Source: a virus
DNA length: 64,000 nt
IMG/VR virus record: IMGVR_UViG_3300040801_004562
Location: 1-64,000 of that record
Reading direction: 5' to 3' (one strand)
In this document: piece after piece, positions 37,310-46,433 of the stretch
Numbering within the stretch: position 1 is the stretch's first letter
Layout of the letters: each line of letters begins with the position of its first letter
Program-made: the position numbers and the translations under genes
The notes under the pieces: model-generated
Databases searched by the model: none
Told to the model about the DNA's origin: nothing
The model's input: the letters and a program-made list of their open reading frames with translations, nothing else

Positions 37310-37714
37310 ATGTACGCATTGATCCACCAAGAAAAGACGGAGAGCCAGAAGGAGAGCCTCGGTGGGTACAACTCCCTTCCTCCCAACTGGGCGGAGATCA
37401 CAGAGAAGGAGTTTTCCCAGTCGAACTTCTTCTCCTACACCCCGGAGTTTGTGGAGTTCCGGCAGGCCCCTCTGGATGGGACGTTTACTGGAATCCATCT
37501 TTTCCACTTCTTTGATGGGACCGGGGTGGCGCTGACGCGGGACTACTGGAAGGGGACGGTTCGTTACTTCAAGTTTGCGGCCTGTGAACACTCCCTTGTT
37601 GAGCTTTCCGGGGAGGATTGTCGGGCTGCTGGGATTCACCACGCGGGAAACTGTTACCATGTTTACCGCTGCACGAAATGCGGTTTTGTCCAGTCGATGG
37701 ACAGCTCGGGCTGA
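37310..37714 (+). CDS. hypothetical protein with C-terminal Zn ribbon
   Basis: CEH...CYHVYRCTKCG..DSS. Confidence 0.7.
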   Translation: MYALIHQEKTESQKESLGGYNSLPPNWAEITEKEFSQSNFFSYTPEFVEFRQAPLDGTFTGIHLFHFFDGTGVALTRDYWKGTVRYFKFAACEHSLVELSGEDCRAAGIHHAGNCYHVYRCTKCGFVQSMDSSG

Positions 37715-37764
37715 TCACTCCAAACCGGCCACCATCAGCAGGGGCCAAATAGAAGGGAGACGGT

Positions 37765-37935
37765 ATGAAACGCGAAGTGTGGTCTGTCTGGAAAGAGGAA
37801 GACGGCTGGTGGAGGGTCCAGCTCCCCAACGGGCGGTTGGAATACAAGACCAAGCGTCAGGCGCGGCTGGTTGCTGACGCGATGAAATCCATGCACGACT
37901 CATTCAAAAAGGAGGCGACTGGGGAGCACGCCTGA
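37765..37935 (+). CDS. 56-aa hypothetical protein (not in ORF track)
   Basis: RBS AGGGAG; MKREVWSVWKEEDGWWRVQLP... Confidence 0.55.
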   Translation: MKREVWSVWKEEDGWWRVQLPNGRLEYKTKRQARLVADAMKSMHDSFKKEATGEHA

Positions 37936-37991
37936 TCCATTTTGCAAACGTTTGCAAAACGCGGGAGGATTTTTTTATTCCCCCCGCGTTT

Positions 37992-38045
37992 TTTTTGCTT
38001 TAGTCGCCGAAACTTATTGACGAAAAGAATAACATAGGGTAAAAT
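37992..38045 (+). promoter_or_regulatory. repeated early promoter element, copy 4
   Basis: TTGACG 38017, TAAAAT 38040. Confidence 0.85.
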
Positions 38046-38241
38046 GAAGCCATGAAAATGAGGAAACCCCACAGACCACAAAAAGCAGAGTCAGAATAGG
38101 GGGAGCAGGGATGGTTGGAGTGATCACAAAAAAACATTGGTTGATGGTCGGAAAGACATTTGGATGGCGGAAAGCGGTCCGGCTGCTGCTGAGCCGCAAG
38201 CCCGTGGCACTCTCAATTCTTATGGCATAAGGAGAACGGAC

Positions 38242-38892
38242 ATGACGCACAAAGACCACATTGAAAAACTTGATGGATTGCTGGGGAAGCTCGCTCCGAG
38301 AGACAAAGTTTTTGCCTCCAGCCTTTCACAACAGTTCAAGAGTCGCGGGAAGCTGTCTTCAAAACAGTGGGCGTGGGTTGCAAAACTGATCGAGCGTGCT
38401 GAGGCGCCGCCTCCACCGCCACCCAAAAAAATGGAGGTTGGAGATCTGCAGGCCCTTTATCGGATGTTCGGGTTTGCCAAACAGCACCTCAAGTACCCGA
38501 AGATCCACCTGCAGGCCGGTGACCAGCCGGTGATGCTTGCGGTTGCCGGGGAGCGGTCAAAATACAATGGCAAGATCATGGTGACGGACGGACAACCCTA
38601 CGGCCGCAACAAATGGTGGGGAGCCATTGACGCCTCCGGTTGCTGGGAACACCCGAGAGCCGGTGTCCCCGATGCGGTTGTCGACCTGATCCGCCGGATG
38701 GCTGCTGATCCTTCCGGGACGGCCACCGCGCACGGTTCCCTCACTGGTCACTGCTGCTTTTGCAATTCCAAGTTGACCGACGGCCGGAGCAAGGTGGTTG
38801 GGTACGGCCCCACTTGCGCGAAAAATTTCAACCTTGCCTGGGGGACGGCGAAACAAGCCAGGGAGATGGAGCGAGAGTGGGCCACTGCCTGA
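38242..38892 (+). CDS. DUF6011-like Zn-finger protein
   Basis: LSSKQW; CCFCNSKLTD..S...GYGPTCA. Confidence 0.75.
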   Translation: MTHKDHIEKLDGLLGKLAPRDKVFASSLSQQFKSRGKLSSKQWAWVAKLIERAEAPPPPPPKKMEVGDLQALYRMFGFAKQHLKYPKIHLQAGDQPVMLAVAGERSKYNGKIMVTDGQPYGRNKWWGAIDASGCWEHPRAGVPDAVVDLIRRMAADPSGTATAHGSLTGHCCFCNSKLTDGRSKVVGYGPTCAKNFNLAWGTAKQAREMEREWATA

Positions 38893-38904
38893 TCTGCTGA
38901 CCAC

Positions 38905-38934
38905 GGGGGGCTTCGGCCCCCCACAGTTTTTTTT
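38905..38934 (+). terminator. intrinsic terminator (cUUCGg hairpin + T tract)
   Basis: GGGGGC-TTCG-GCCCCC..TTTTTTTT. Confidence 0.75.
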
Positions 38935-38954
38935 CGAAATGTCGATAAAAAACA

Positions 38955-39029
38955 CTTTAGTCGACGAAACTTCTTGACGAAAAGAATAACATAGGGTAAA
39001 TTGAATCAAAACTTGAAACAAACAAGGAG
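38955..39029 (+). promoter_or_regulatory. repeated early promoter element, copy 5
   Basis: TTGACG 38974, TAAATT 38997; near-identical to copy 3. Confidence 0.88.
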
Positions 39030-39035
39030 AGCAAA

Positions 39036-39236
39036 ATGAAGAAAGACTGCCGGTACACCTTCTGCCACAAGAATGACGGAACCCTGATGGAAGTTGCTTG
39101 GAACCAGGGCGCGAAAGAATGGTACGGTGAAAACGGGCGGTTTGACTTCAGCAGAAAGTCAGCCAAGGAAGCCAAGGCGATGCTGGATCGCTGGGGGTAT
39201 GACCTGAAACCCATTGCGGTGTCAAAACTTCGGTAG
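39036..39236 (+). CDS. hypothetical protein
   Basis: RBS AAGGAG. Confidence 0.6.
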   Translation: MKKDCRYTFCHKNDGTLMEVAWNQGAKEWYGENGRFDFSRKSAKEAKAMLDRWGYDLKPIAVSKLR

Positions 39237-39284
39237 ACCTCAACCTGAACGGGGGGCACAGCCCCCCAAAAAAGGAGGCCCCAC

Positions 39285-39596
39285 ATGACCAGACAGACCA
39301 TGAAAAACCGGATCAACAAGGTTCTTCACAGCAGCACCAAAGGAATCCACCGGGATGATTCTTGGATTCCGGTGCATGATGCCTTCAGAGCCCTGGAGTC
39401 CAGCGGGTACCCAGTCATCATCGTTGGAACCTCGTACCGCACGGACGAGAACGGAAACCCCTGCCAGAAGCGCTGGAACTTCACGGTTCCCCATCCTGAC
39501 GGTGGAAAGCCCTTTTCCGGGATTGTGGTCGCCTCCGGGTGCGGCACTGTCGCAGATCCCCTGTCCCAGTATGATGTTGTAGCGTATGTCTCTTAA
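39285..39596 (+). CDS. hypothetical protein
   Basis: RBS AGGAGG; G.V.DPL..YD motif. Confidence 0.65.
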   Translation: MTRQTMKNRINKVLHSSTKGIHRDDSWIPVHDAFRALESSGYPVIIVGTSYRTDENGNPCQKRWNFTVPHPDGGKPFSGIVVASGCGTVADPLSQYDVVAYVS

Positions 39597-39642
39597 CCTG
39601 CTTTGTGAACGGGGGGCTCCGGCCCCCCAGAAAGGCGGATCG

Positions 39643-39870
39643 ATGAAAACGGACAAAACCTTGATGGCCGGAAAAATTGACGTGGTTGTCGCTGGTAGAC
39701 TCTTGGAGGCGGAGTATGTGCTGTACACTCCCCACCGTTACTCGACGGTGGAGCACCTGGATATCCTGGGTGCCTGGGAAAAGAATGGCGTGAGACTCGG
39801 GGAGGATGAGCTTGACGCCCTGGACTTTGATCTTGCGGTAGAGGTGGAGCGCGCTCTCGGACTGACGTGA
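39643..39870 (+). CDS. hypothetical protein
   Basis: RBS after GC hairpin. Confidence 0.55.
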   Translation: MKTDKTLMAGKIDVVVAGRLLEAEYVLYTPHRYSTVEHLDILGAWEKNGVRLGEDELDALDFDLAVEVERALGLT

Positions 39871-40004
39871 TCCACCCTGCCTGGAGAGGGGGTGAGTTCG
39901 ATGATGTCGGCGATTTTTTGGAACCCTTGGGTGTGGGCGATTATCAACCTGCTGATTTGGCAGCGGGTTATCGCGGCGATCCTGAACTTCTGATGGAGGA
40001 ATAG

Positions 40005-40223
40005 ATGAAGAGTTACACGGTTACGTTATCTGGGCCTGAGATGGACCGGCTGCTGTCGGTTGTCCAATACCACAACGCGAAGCGGTTCCTGGATGCCCAG
40101 GATGCCCCGAGCCTTTGGCCGAAGGAGGACAGAGCCCTTGACGAGTCGATTGCCGGGAAACTGGCCACTGTTGAATTCGAAATTTGGATGGAGAGGAGGA
40201 AGAACCCGATCCTGCCCTGGTGA
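40005..40223 (+). CDS. hypothetical protein
   Basis: RBS GGAGG. Confidence 0.6.
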   Translation: MKSYTVTLSGPEMDRLLSVVQYHNAKRFLDAQDAPSLWPKEDRALDESIAGKLATVEFEIWMERRKNPILPW

Positions 40224-40277
40224 TTTTGCAAACGTTTGCAAATTTTGGAGCGCACGAAATTTACGTTTCGTGCGCTT

Positions 40278-40352
40278 TTTTTGCTTTAGTCGACGAAACT
40301 TCTTGACGAAAAGAATAACATAGGGTAAATTGAATCAAAACCTGAAACAAAC
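40278..40352 (+). promoter_or_regulatory. repeated early promoter element, copy 6
   Basis: TTGACG 40303, TAAATT 40326; preceded by hairpin AGCGCACGAAA/TTTCGTGCGCT. Confidence 0.88.
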
Positions 40353-40372
40353 CTTTAACCAAGGAGCCGAAA

Positions 40373-41050
40373 ATGAGGAAAGAGCGAGTAGAAGACAATT
40401 TCCGGGGAATCGGGGATTGCAAGCTTGCCCGTGGCCATTACTCCTACGGTGTGATTCTGGAGAGCGAGCGTGAAGCGCAAGAGATCGCGGATCGCATCTG
40501 TGATGAATTCGGAGAGAAGCGGTGGAATGTCTTTTTCCATTCCTCCAATGCCCGGCGTTTGATGGGGACGGCGAACCGGAGCTACCGGAGAATTCGCCTC
40601 TACCCAGCCGGACGGAATGCCGGAGTCCTCCTGCACGAGTTGGCGCATGAATACGGTCGGCACCATGATTCGGAGTTTAAGGCGTATCAATCCCATATTT
40701 TGCGCGCCTTTGAAAAACTTTACCCCTATTCCTCCATCCAGTCCCTGCGGACCCCACGGGCCGACTGGAGTGACGTGCCCATTGTCACCTTCACCTTTCC
40801 CGCACAGCCCGCGATCCCTGCTGCTCCTGCTCCTGCCGCGCCTGCTCCTGCCCCGTATGTCCCTGATGAGGGGGAGACGGATGACATTTTGGAGACGGTT
40901 GTTGACATGGCGATAGAGAGCGCAAGTGGCGGGATCGTGAGTGCTCTGTTCATTCACCGCATGCTGAAGGAGTGGGGAGTCAGCAACGGTGCCAATTACA
41001 ATCTGGTCCGTGAGCTGGTAGAGACTGCCGGTGTCCGGGTTGCTGTCTGA
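40373..41050 (+). CDS. SprT/zincin-like metalloprotease domain protein with Pro/Ala linker
   Basis: LLHELAHE..HHDSEF; PAAPAPAAPAP. Confidence 0.7.
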   Translation: MRKERVEDNFRGIGDCKLARGHYSYGVILESEREAQEIADRICDEFGEKRWNVFFHSSNARRLMGTANRSYRRIRLYPAGRNAGVLLHELAHEYGRHHDSEFKAYQSHILRAFEKLYPYSSIQSLRTPRADWSDVPIVTFTFPAQPAIPAAPAPAAPAPAPYVPDEGETDDILETVVDMAIESASGGIVSALFIHRMLKEWGVSNGANYNLVRELVETAGVRVAV

Positions 41051-41076
41051 AAACCCTTCAAAACAGGGGACGGAAA

Positions 41077-41262
41077 ATGGAAAAACAGTGGAAAAAAGAC
41101 TGCATCAAAAAGGGCAAGTTTGACTATTACCCAATCAAAGAAAAAGAGTTTTTCGCCCGCTACCGGTCCTACCTCCGGGGAGCCACGGTGAGCGAGACAA
41201 TGGGGCCAAACTGGAAACCAATCGTTTGGCTCGGTGGCCGCCCGCTGACCTGGGAAAAATAA
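41077..41262 (+). CDS. hypothetical protein
   Basis: Operon packing. Confidence 0.5.
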   Translation: MEKQWKKDCIKKGKFDYYPIKEKEFFARYRSYLRGATVSETMGPNWKPIVWLGGRPLTWEK

Positions 41263-41295
41263 ATCTTGCAAACCCTTCAATCAAGGAGTCGAAAA

Positions 41296-41592
41296 ATGGA
41301 GAAAAGAACTGAATCCAAACTTCACAGATTTGCGGCTGCAGTGCAGGCGATGAATGACAGCGAGCTTGATGAGGCCGTCCGCTGGTTTAACGCCCACATG
41401 AGAGAGCGCTCTTCTGCCCGTGCCCGGATTGCCAGCCGTAAGTTCGAACGGGGACAGCGGGTTATCTGGGATTACCGTGACCGGCTTTACCACGGAACCA
41501 TTTTGAACCTGAACACCAAAACCGCGAGCGTTCGTGCTGAGGACGGAACCAAGTGGCGTATCGCCTACTCCAATCTGGCTGCCGCGATCTGA
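41296..41592 (+). CDS. small SH3-like beta-barrel protein
   Basis: GQRVIW...GTI..LNTKTASV....KWRI. Confidence 0.6.
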   Translation: MEKRTESKLHRFAAAVQAMNDSELDEAVRWFNAHMRERSSARARIASRKFERGQRVIWDYRDRLYHGTILNLNTKTASVRAEDGTKWRIAYSNLAAAI

Positions 41593-41605
41593 CAGGCGAA
41601 TCTGC

Positions 41606-41634
41606 TTGACAAAAACCATTACCTTTGATAACTA
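41606..41634 (+). promoter_or_regulatory. sigma70-like promoter
   Basis: TTGACAaaaaccattacctttgaTAACTA. Confidence 0.55.
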
Positions 41635-41652
41635 CAATCCAGGAGGCAACAA

Positions 41653-42633
41653 ATGCGCGATCTCAGAAACGAGTTTTCAATCGATGCTCCCAGATGTCGC
41701 GGCGGGTACCTTGAAACCTTACCCGAGGGGATTCTGGGAAATCCGGACTATGCCCTTGAAATCAAGGAGGACGGTACCCGGATCACCATGCAGATCGGAG
41801 CCGAGCGCTCCCTGCTGGTCGGACGGAACCGACAGGATTTCCTGAAGGGTGTCCAGAATGCCGGTCCCTTCCGGGACCTGTCCCATGAGAACCAAGTCCT
41901 TTCAGCCTTTGCGGTCCCTGAACTTGACGGCACCGTCCTGGATGGCGAGCTGACTGAATCCTACAATCAAGATGGCTTTATGACCAAAAGTACCCGTCGG
42001 CGGAGAGACAACGGCGAGTATGTCGGATACACCGTTTGGGGCGTCCTGTTCTACAAGTACCGCGATGTCCGGTCCCTGCCTGATGATGACCGATTTCGGC
42101 TTGCTTCCCAGATCGTCTATGGCCTCGTTGGAGACCACAAGTCCCCCATGATTCGCATGGTCAAGCGATTTCCCTGCACCGAGCAAAACCTTGAAAAAAT
42201 CTTCATGGCCGGGTTCGAGGGTGGGATAGCCAAGCATCGTAAGATGCCCATCCCCGCCAATCAGCGGACCAACTCCTGGTGGTGGAAACTGAAGGGCAAC
42301 GACAAGCGGACTGTTGATGCTTTCGTGGTTGGCGCGAGCGAAGCCAGCTCCGGGGGATCCGGTCTGACCGGGATCAAACCCACGAAAAACGGCAAGGCTG
42401 CCACCTTCACCATTGCAATGGTTCGCGATGGGCAAGTTGTCGAGGTAGGGAAAATGACCAACCTGCCGAAAGATGCCCGCGCCAACGGACTTTCCGATTT
42501 CGGCAAGTATAAATTCCGGGTTGCTGAACTGGTCGTCAGCGGGTGGGATGGGGAGCGATTCCGGTGGCCACGCTTCAAGAAATGGCGTGAGGATAAATCC
42601 CCTTCTGACTGCATCTTTACGGAGCAAGTATGA
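41653..42633 (+). CDS. ATP-dependent DNA ligase
   Basis: EIKEDGTR (KxDG), LDGEL, EGGIAK, WKLK, RWPRF..WREDK. Confidence 0.88.
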   Translation: MRDLRNEFSIDAPRCRGGYLETLPEGILGNPDYALEIKEDGTRITMQIGAERSLLVGRNRQDFLKGVQNAGPFRDLSHENQVLSAFAVPELDGTVLDGELTESYNQDGFMTKSTRRRRDNGEYVGYTVWGVLFYKYRDVRSLPDDDRFRLASQIVYGLVGDHKSPMIRMVKRFPCTEQNLEKIFMAGFEGGIAKHRKMPIPANQRTNSWWWKLKGNDKRTVDAFVVGASEASSGGSGLTGIKPTKNGKAATFTIAMVRDGQVVEVGKMTNLPKDARANGLSDFGKYKFRVAELVVSGWDGERFRWPRFKKWREDKSPSDCIFTEQV

Positions 42634-43367
42634 CGGGAAAAGACGAAAAATCACCGCTGGACGGTGTAACCGTTGACGGTGTTTCCGTTGAAGAGTGGCT
42701 TGGGAAGAAACGGGTCTCTGAGAAAACCCTTGAAATAGAACGGGAGCGCCGAGCTGCGGAGAGAATGTCGCGGGGACGGCACCGCCCGTACATGCCCAAA
42801 ACCAAAGAAGGCGGGCCTCGGGTTGCCCGGAGGGTTGTCCACCTAACCGACAGACAGATCAGAAAGGAGTATGGCATCATGCAAAAACCGTTTGAAACGA
42901 AGGCGGAAAATACGTTGTGGTTGATCTTTGAGCAGGGGCCGGTCACGAGCCGGGATATCATGGCAGCGCTGCCTTCCCCGACCCAACTGAACTCTTTGAC
43001 CGCGCTGCTCGCGTCGCTGTGGAAGACTTTGGGGGATTCCGGTGCCAGGATCATTGACCGTGAGCGCAGGAATGGGGTGTATTTCTACAGCAAGAAGCCC
43101 GGTGTTGACGTGTCCGTAGAATCTGCTGCTGAGAAATACCGAGCGGCCTTGCGTAGGGAGCGCATTGAACTGAAAGCCTCCCAGGAAATTGACGCGTTGC
43201 CTTCTCAGGATCGTCCGGAACCCGATCAGATTGAAGAGCCGCGCCCTGAGCCCCCCACCGGAAAACCCGTTGCTGATCTGCTGTCCACCGCCTGCCGAAA
43301 CTACGGTTTGAACGTTACCTTTGGCGGCCGGGTCGAGATCGTCTTCCGTTTTAAGATTGGAGATTGA
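42630..43367 (+). CDS. putative winged-helix DNA-binding protein
   Basis: IFEQGPVTSRDIM...L..L....IIDRER.NGVYFY. Confidence 0.55.
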   Translation: MTGKDEKSPLDGVTVDGVSVEEWLGKKRVSEKTLEIERERRAAERMSRGRHRPYMPKTKEGGPRVARRVVHLTDRQIRKEYGIMQKPFETKAENTLWLIFEQGPVTSRDIMAALPSPTQLNSLTALLASLWKTLGDSGARIIDRERRNGVYFYSKKPGVDVSVESAAEKYRAALRRERIELKASQEIDALPSQDRPEPDQIEEPRPEPPTGKPVADLLSTACRNYGLNVTFGGRVEIVFRFKIGD

Positions 43368-43368
43368 T

Positions 43369-43626
43369 ATGCTCTTGAAAACCTCGTTTTTCCTGCTGCT
43401 TGCTGCTGGGGTTGCGGTTGCCGGGGACATTCGGCCTGATCCCCTCTTGAAAGATCGACAGTACCAAGTGCGGGATGACCAGGGAAGGACTGTCCAGACG
43501 ATTCGGAAAGACCCTGTGGTCGATGGGCAGTTCCGAGTTTATGATAAAGACGGTCGGCTGACCGGGACCATACGGCGGGACGTGCTCTTCCCGGAAAGGA
43601 TGGTGCAGCGAAATGATCCCAAGTGA
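43369..43626 (+). CDS. small secreted protein with internal repeat
   Basis: Signal peptide MLLKTSFFLLLAAGVAVA; repeated V.D..GR...TIR.D. Confidence 0.65.
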   Translation: MLLKTSFFLLLAAGVAVAGDIRPDPLLKDRQYQVRDDQGRTVQTIRKDPVVDGQFRVYDKDGRLTGTIRRDVLFPERMVQRNDPK

Positions 43627-44110
43627 GACTACAATGATAACCTCCATAGTTGGGGATGAGGAGACGGTTATGACCGGGACCGAGACCTACCGGATCTTTG
43701 GATCCAAGCTCACCCGTGATCAACTGCGCTGCATTTACGAGGGGTGCGCCGGTCTGAATCTGTACTGGGACTGCCTCCGAAAAGCGTTTATCGTCAAACA
43801 GTATCTTGGATTTGGGGTGGTTGTCGCCGGGCGCTGCATGATTCTTAGCGCTGACGGCTCGTCCTCGTATGGACATTACTGGAACCCACCCTATGAATTC
43901 CACGCATGGTGGCAGCCATGGTTCAAACGAGGAATTTCCACGGACATCATTGACGTCGCCCTCCCCGGACTGATCCTGAAGGGGAGCAGCAGCCAGGATA
44001 AAATTGGCTTCATGCTGACCGGGCGGTCTCCCGTTGTCCTGGCCGGGCCCCATGCGGATTGGATGGCCTATGACGGCGCGATCGAGGTTGCGGACGTGGA
44101 CATCATCTGA
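43613..44110 (+). CDS. hypothetical protein
   Basis: Operon packing. Confidence 0.6.
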   Translation: MIPSETTMITSIVGDEETVMTGTETYRIFGSKLTRDQLRCIYEGCAGLNLYWDCLRKAFIVKQYLGFGVVVAGRCMILSADGSSSYGHYWNPPYEFHAWWQPWFKRGISTDIIDVALPGLILKGSSSQDKIGFMLTGRSPVVLAGPHADWMAYDGAIEVADVDII

Positions 44111-44282
44111 AAGAGGACAGCCATGGACGAGAGAATTGAAAAAGCGAAACGCATTCTGAACCAGGGGCTGCGGTCCCAGTTGCTGCGTGGGGATAGGACC
44201 CTTCAGCAGTGCTGGCTGATCAGCCTGAACTGCATTGAACGGGCGCTTGAAGAGCTGAACCAGATTGAAGAGGAGGTGGCGG

Positions 44283-44708
44283 ATGCTGGTGATTGATAAC
44301 AAGACGGCGGCGGAGATTGAACGACTGTCGGACAAGATGAGCCACATTCTGGAGCGTGTGGTCTCTCTCGGCCAACTCGACCCGATGGCGAGCGATGGAT
44401 CTGCCGAGACGGCCATGATGACCTTCGCGGCAGAAATGTACGAGCTTGGAGGACAGTCGGATGTACGTCGCGCCTATGAGCTGTTTAAGAACATCGCGAA
44501 TATGAGAACCGACATCCACATGCTGCGGATTTATCCTGAACTGGTGAAGCTGCGTAGAATGCTGGACATGTCGGTGCGGAATGAGTTTGGCCCGTATGAC
44601 GACCCACCTTCTGATGAATGGGTGGGGAAGCGGATCGATGAGTATGAATCCGCTGTGAAGGAAATCCTAAGAGAGGAAGACATGCTGAAAGGAGAATCGA
44701 ATGGCTGA
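44283..44708 (+). CDS. hypothetical protein
   Basis: RBS GAGGAGGT. Confidence 0.6.
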   Translation: MLVIDNKTAAEIERLSDKMSHILERVVSLGQLDPMASDGSAETAMMTFAAEMYELGGQSDVRRAYELFKNIANMRTDIHMLRIYPELVKLRRMLDMSVRNEFGPYDDPPSDEWVGKRIDEYESAVKEILREEDMLKGESNG

Positions 44709-45207
44709 AGAACGGTATTCACACGCTGGAAAACTGACGGAGATGCAGCGGAAGATCCAGAAGGAGAAGGAGGATTTGCTCAAAGGAACGCTGATTGAGG
44801 AGACGGTCAACTCGGCTGAATCTGAACCCACTGCAAAGATCGATTCAGAGGAGACAGTGGTCGGAGAAATGACGAACTGGGAGGTCAGGCTTTACACTGC
44901 TTCCACCAGATATCGCAAAATTTCTGACATGATCCAGGTCAAGGTTCGGTGGGATCCTATCACGGCGGAGGAGAAGGACAAGCTTATGTCGGATGTTTCC
45001 ATAGCGAACGAAACCGGCAGGACGCTTATGAAGCTCTTGTGGGCAGAGATCAGACACCGGCTCGACATTGGGGATGTCAATCTCGGGGTCCGTTCCGGGC
45101 GTAAGATTGTAACGTTTGAGCGAGATTCCGACGCCACGGAAATTACCGGCAACATGAAGGATAAGATGCTCCAGGCGTTATACGAGGCACTCAGACCGAA
45201 ATCCTGA
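44701..45207 (+). CDS. hypothetical protein
   Basis: RBS AAGGAG. Confidence 0.65.
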   Translation: MAEERYSHAGKLTEMQRKIQKEKEDLLKGTLIEETVNSAESEPTAKIDSEETVVGEMTNWEVRLYTASTRYRKISDMIQVKVRWDPITAEEKDKLMSDVSIANETGRTLMKLLWAEIRHRLDIGDVNLGVRSGRKIVTFERDSDATEITGNMKDKMLQALYEALRPKS

Positions 45208-45230
45208 TCATCCTATTGCGGAGGCGGAGA

Positions 45231-45719
45231 ATGAAGTTTTCAGTGGAGATCAATGTGGACAAAATGAGTTCCGGGATGACTGCTGGAGTGGTTGACCGGC
45301 TGCGGTGGCTGGCGGACAGGATTGAATCCACCCTCGATCTGTCTGGGCTGGTCATTGATCCTGAGCGTGGTGATGAGATTGGAGTGTACGGTGTTGACCG
45401 GGCCTGGGCCTGGGGAGGGGACGGGGCCATTGCCATCGAACAGGAGATGCTGCCTGGGATATTCCGGGGGAGTCTCGGGGTTTCTATCGCCGGGAAGCAG
45501 GCGTGGATCTGCATCGACGGTGCCGCAGCCATTCGGTTTTCTTCCCGGCTGCTCGTCAGCCAAATGATGAAACCAAGACCCCTTAGGACGAACCAACTGC
45601 AGGAGCTTTGCTGTGAACTGCTGTCCCTGGTTGACGATGCCGGGCTGAGAGCCAAAGCTATGGCGGTTCTCGGCCCGACTGCTATGGAGAAGATCAATGC
45701 TGCGGTGCCCGAGAAGTGA
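45231..45719 (+). CDS. hypothetical protein
   Basis: RBS GGAGG. Confidence 0.55.
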   Translation: MKFSVEINVDKMSSGMTAGVVDRLRWLADRIESTLDLSGLVIDPERGDEIGVYGVDRAWAWGGDGAIAIEQEMLPGIFRGSLGVSIAGKQAWICIDGAAAIRFSSRLLVSQMMKPRPLRTNQLQELCCELLSLVDDAGLRAKAMAVLGPTAMEKINAAVPEK

Positions 45720-45936
45720 GTTTCTGCTGCTCGCGCAAGGAATCCTGTTGGAGCGTGGCCCTGACCGGAAGGTGTATGTTGGCGATACGCCGGAGGCCAG
45801 GGCTGCACTTGAAGCCCACGACCGTGGAGAGACCGTCGCACTGACGGCCGGTCGATATGGGCGGGTGGTCTCCTATGTCTGCAACGGTGTTGAAACCTAC
45901 GAGAACCAGAAAGGCGGTGACGATTGGGAGACTTGA
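45697..45936 (+). CDS. hypothetical protein
   Basis: Fills gap, overlaps neighbours. Confidence 0.5.
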   Translation: MLRCPRSEFLLLAQGILLERGPDRKVYVGDTPEARAALEAHDRGETVALTAGRYGRVVSYVCNGVETYENQKGGDDWET

Positions 45937-46388
45937 GGCTGCATCCAAAACTCGGCGTAAATCCGAAACTGACTTATTGCCCCCGGTGTGGTGGTGAGTC
46001 GCGTGAACTGCTTCTGATCGGAATCCACACTGGAATGTACGAGTGCCGGACATGCGGAAAGAAATGTCTCGGGTACCCGATGGGAGGACTTTGCCAGGAT
46101 CCCTCCTGCCGGGCGCATGTCGTGAAGGTTGGGGAGATCGGGGAGAATGACCGGCTGCCTGCCTCTGAACCTTGTGATGCGTGCAAGGCGGAGATTGCTG
46201 AGCACAAGCGGCTGGTTGCGGAAGGAGGGGTTTACTGGCGCTGTCTGAAATGCGGTAGCGAGGGCGTCATCAAGGACAGTGAGTTTGCTCAGAATATCCG
46301 CAAGATGTCGAATCATCCGGCCCCGGAACCTGTCGGGATCGAGTTTAATGGGCCGCCTCAGTGCCCGACGTGCGTGAAAAACGCTTGA
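45924..46388 (+). CDS. multi-Zn-finger protein
   Basis: HPKLGVNP..CPRC and several further CxxC. Confidence 0.7.
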   Translation: MGDLRLHPKLGVNPKLTYCPRCGGESRELLLIGIHTGMYECRTCGKKCLGYPMGGLCQDPSCRAHVVKVGEIGENDRLPASEPCDACKAEIAEHKRLVAEGGVYWRCLKCGSEGVIKDSEFAQNIRKMSNHPAPEPVGIEFNGPPQCPTCVKNA

Positions 46389-46413
46389 CAAAAAATCTTA
46401 TCTTTGCTAATTA
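46385..46413 (+). promoter_or_regulatory. sigma70-like promoter
   Basis: TTGACA-17 nt-TAATTA with extended TG. Confidence 0.55.
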
Positions 46414-46433
46414 AAAGATAGGAGGATTTTGTT

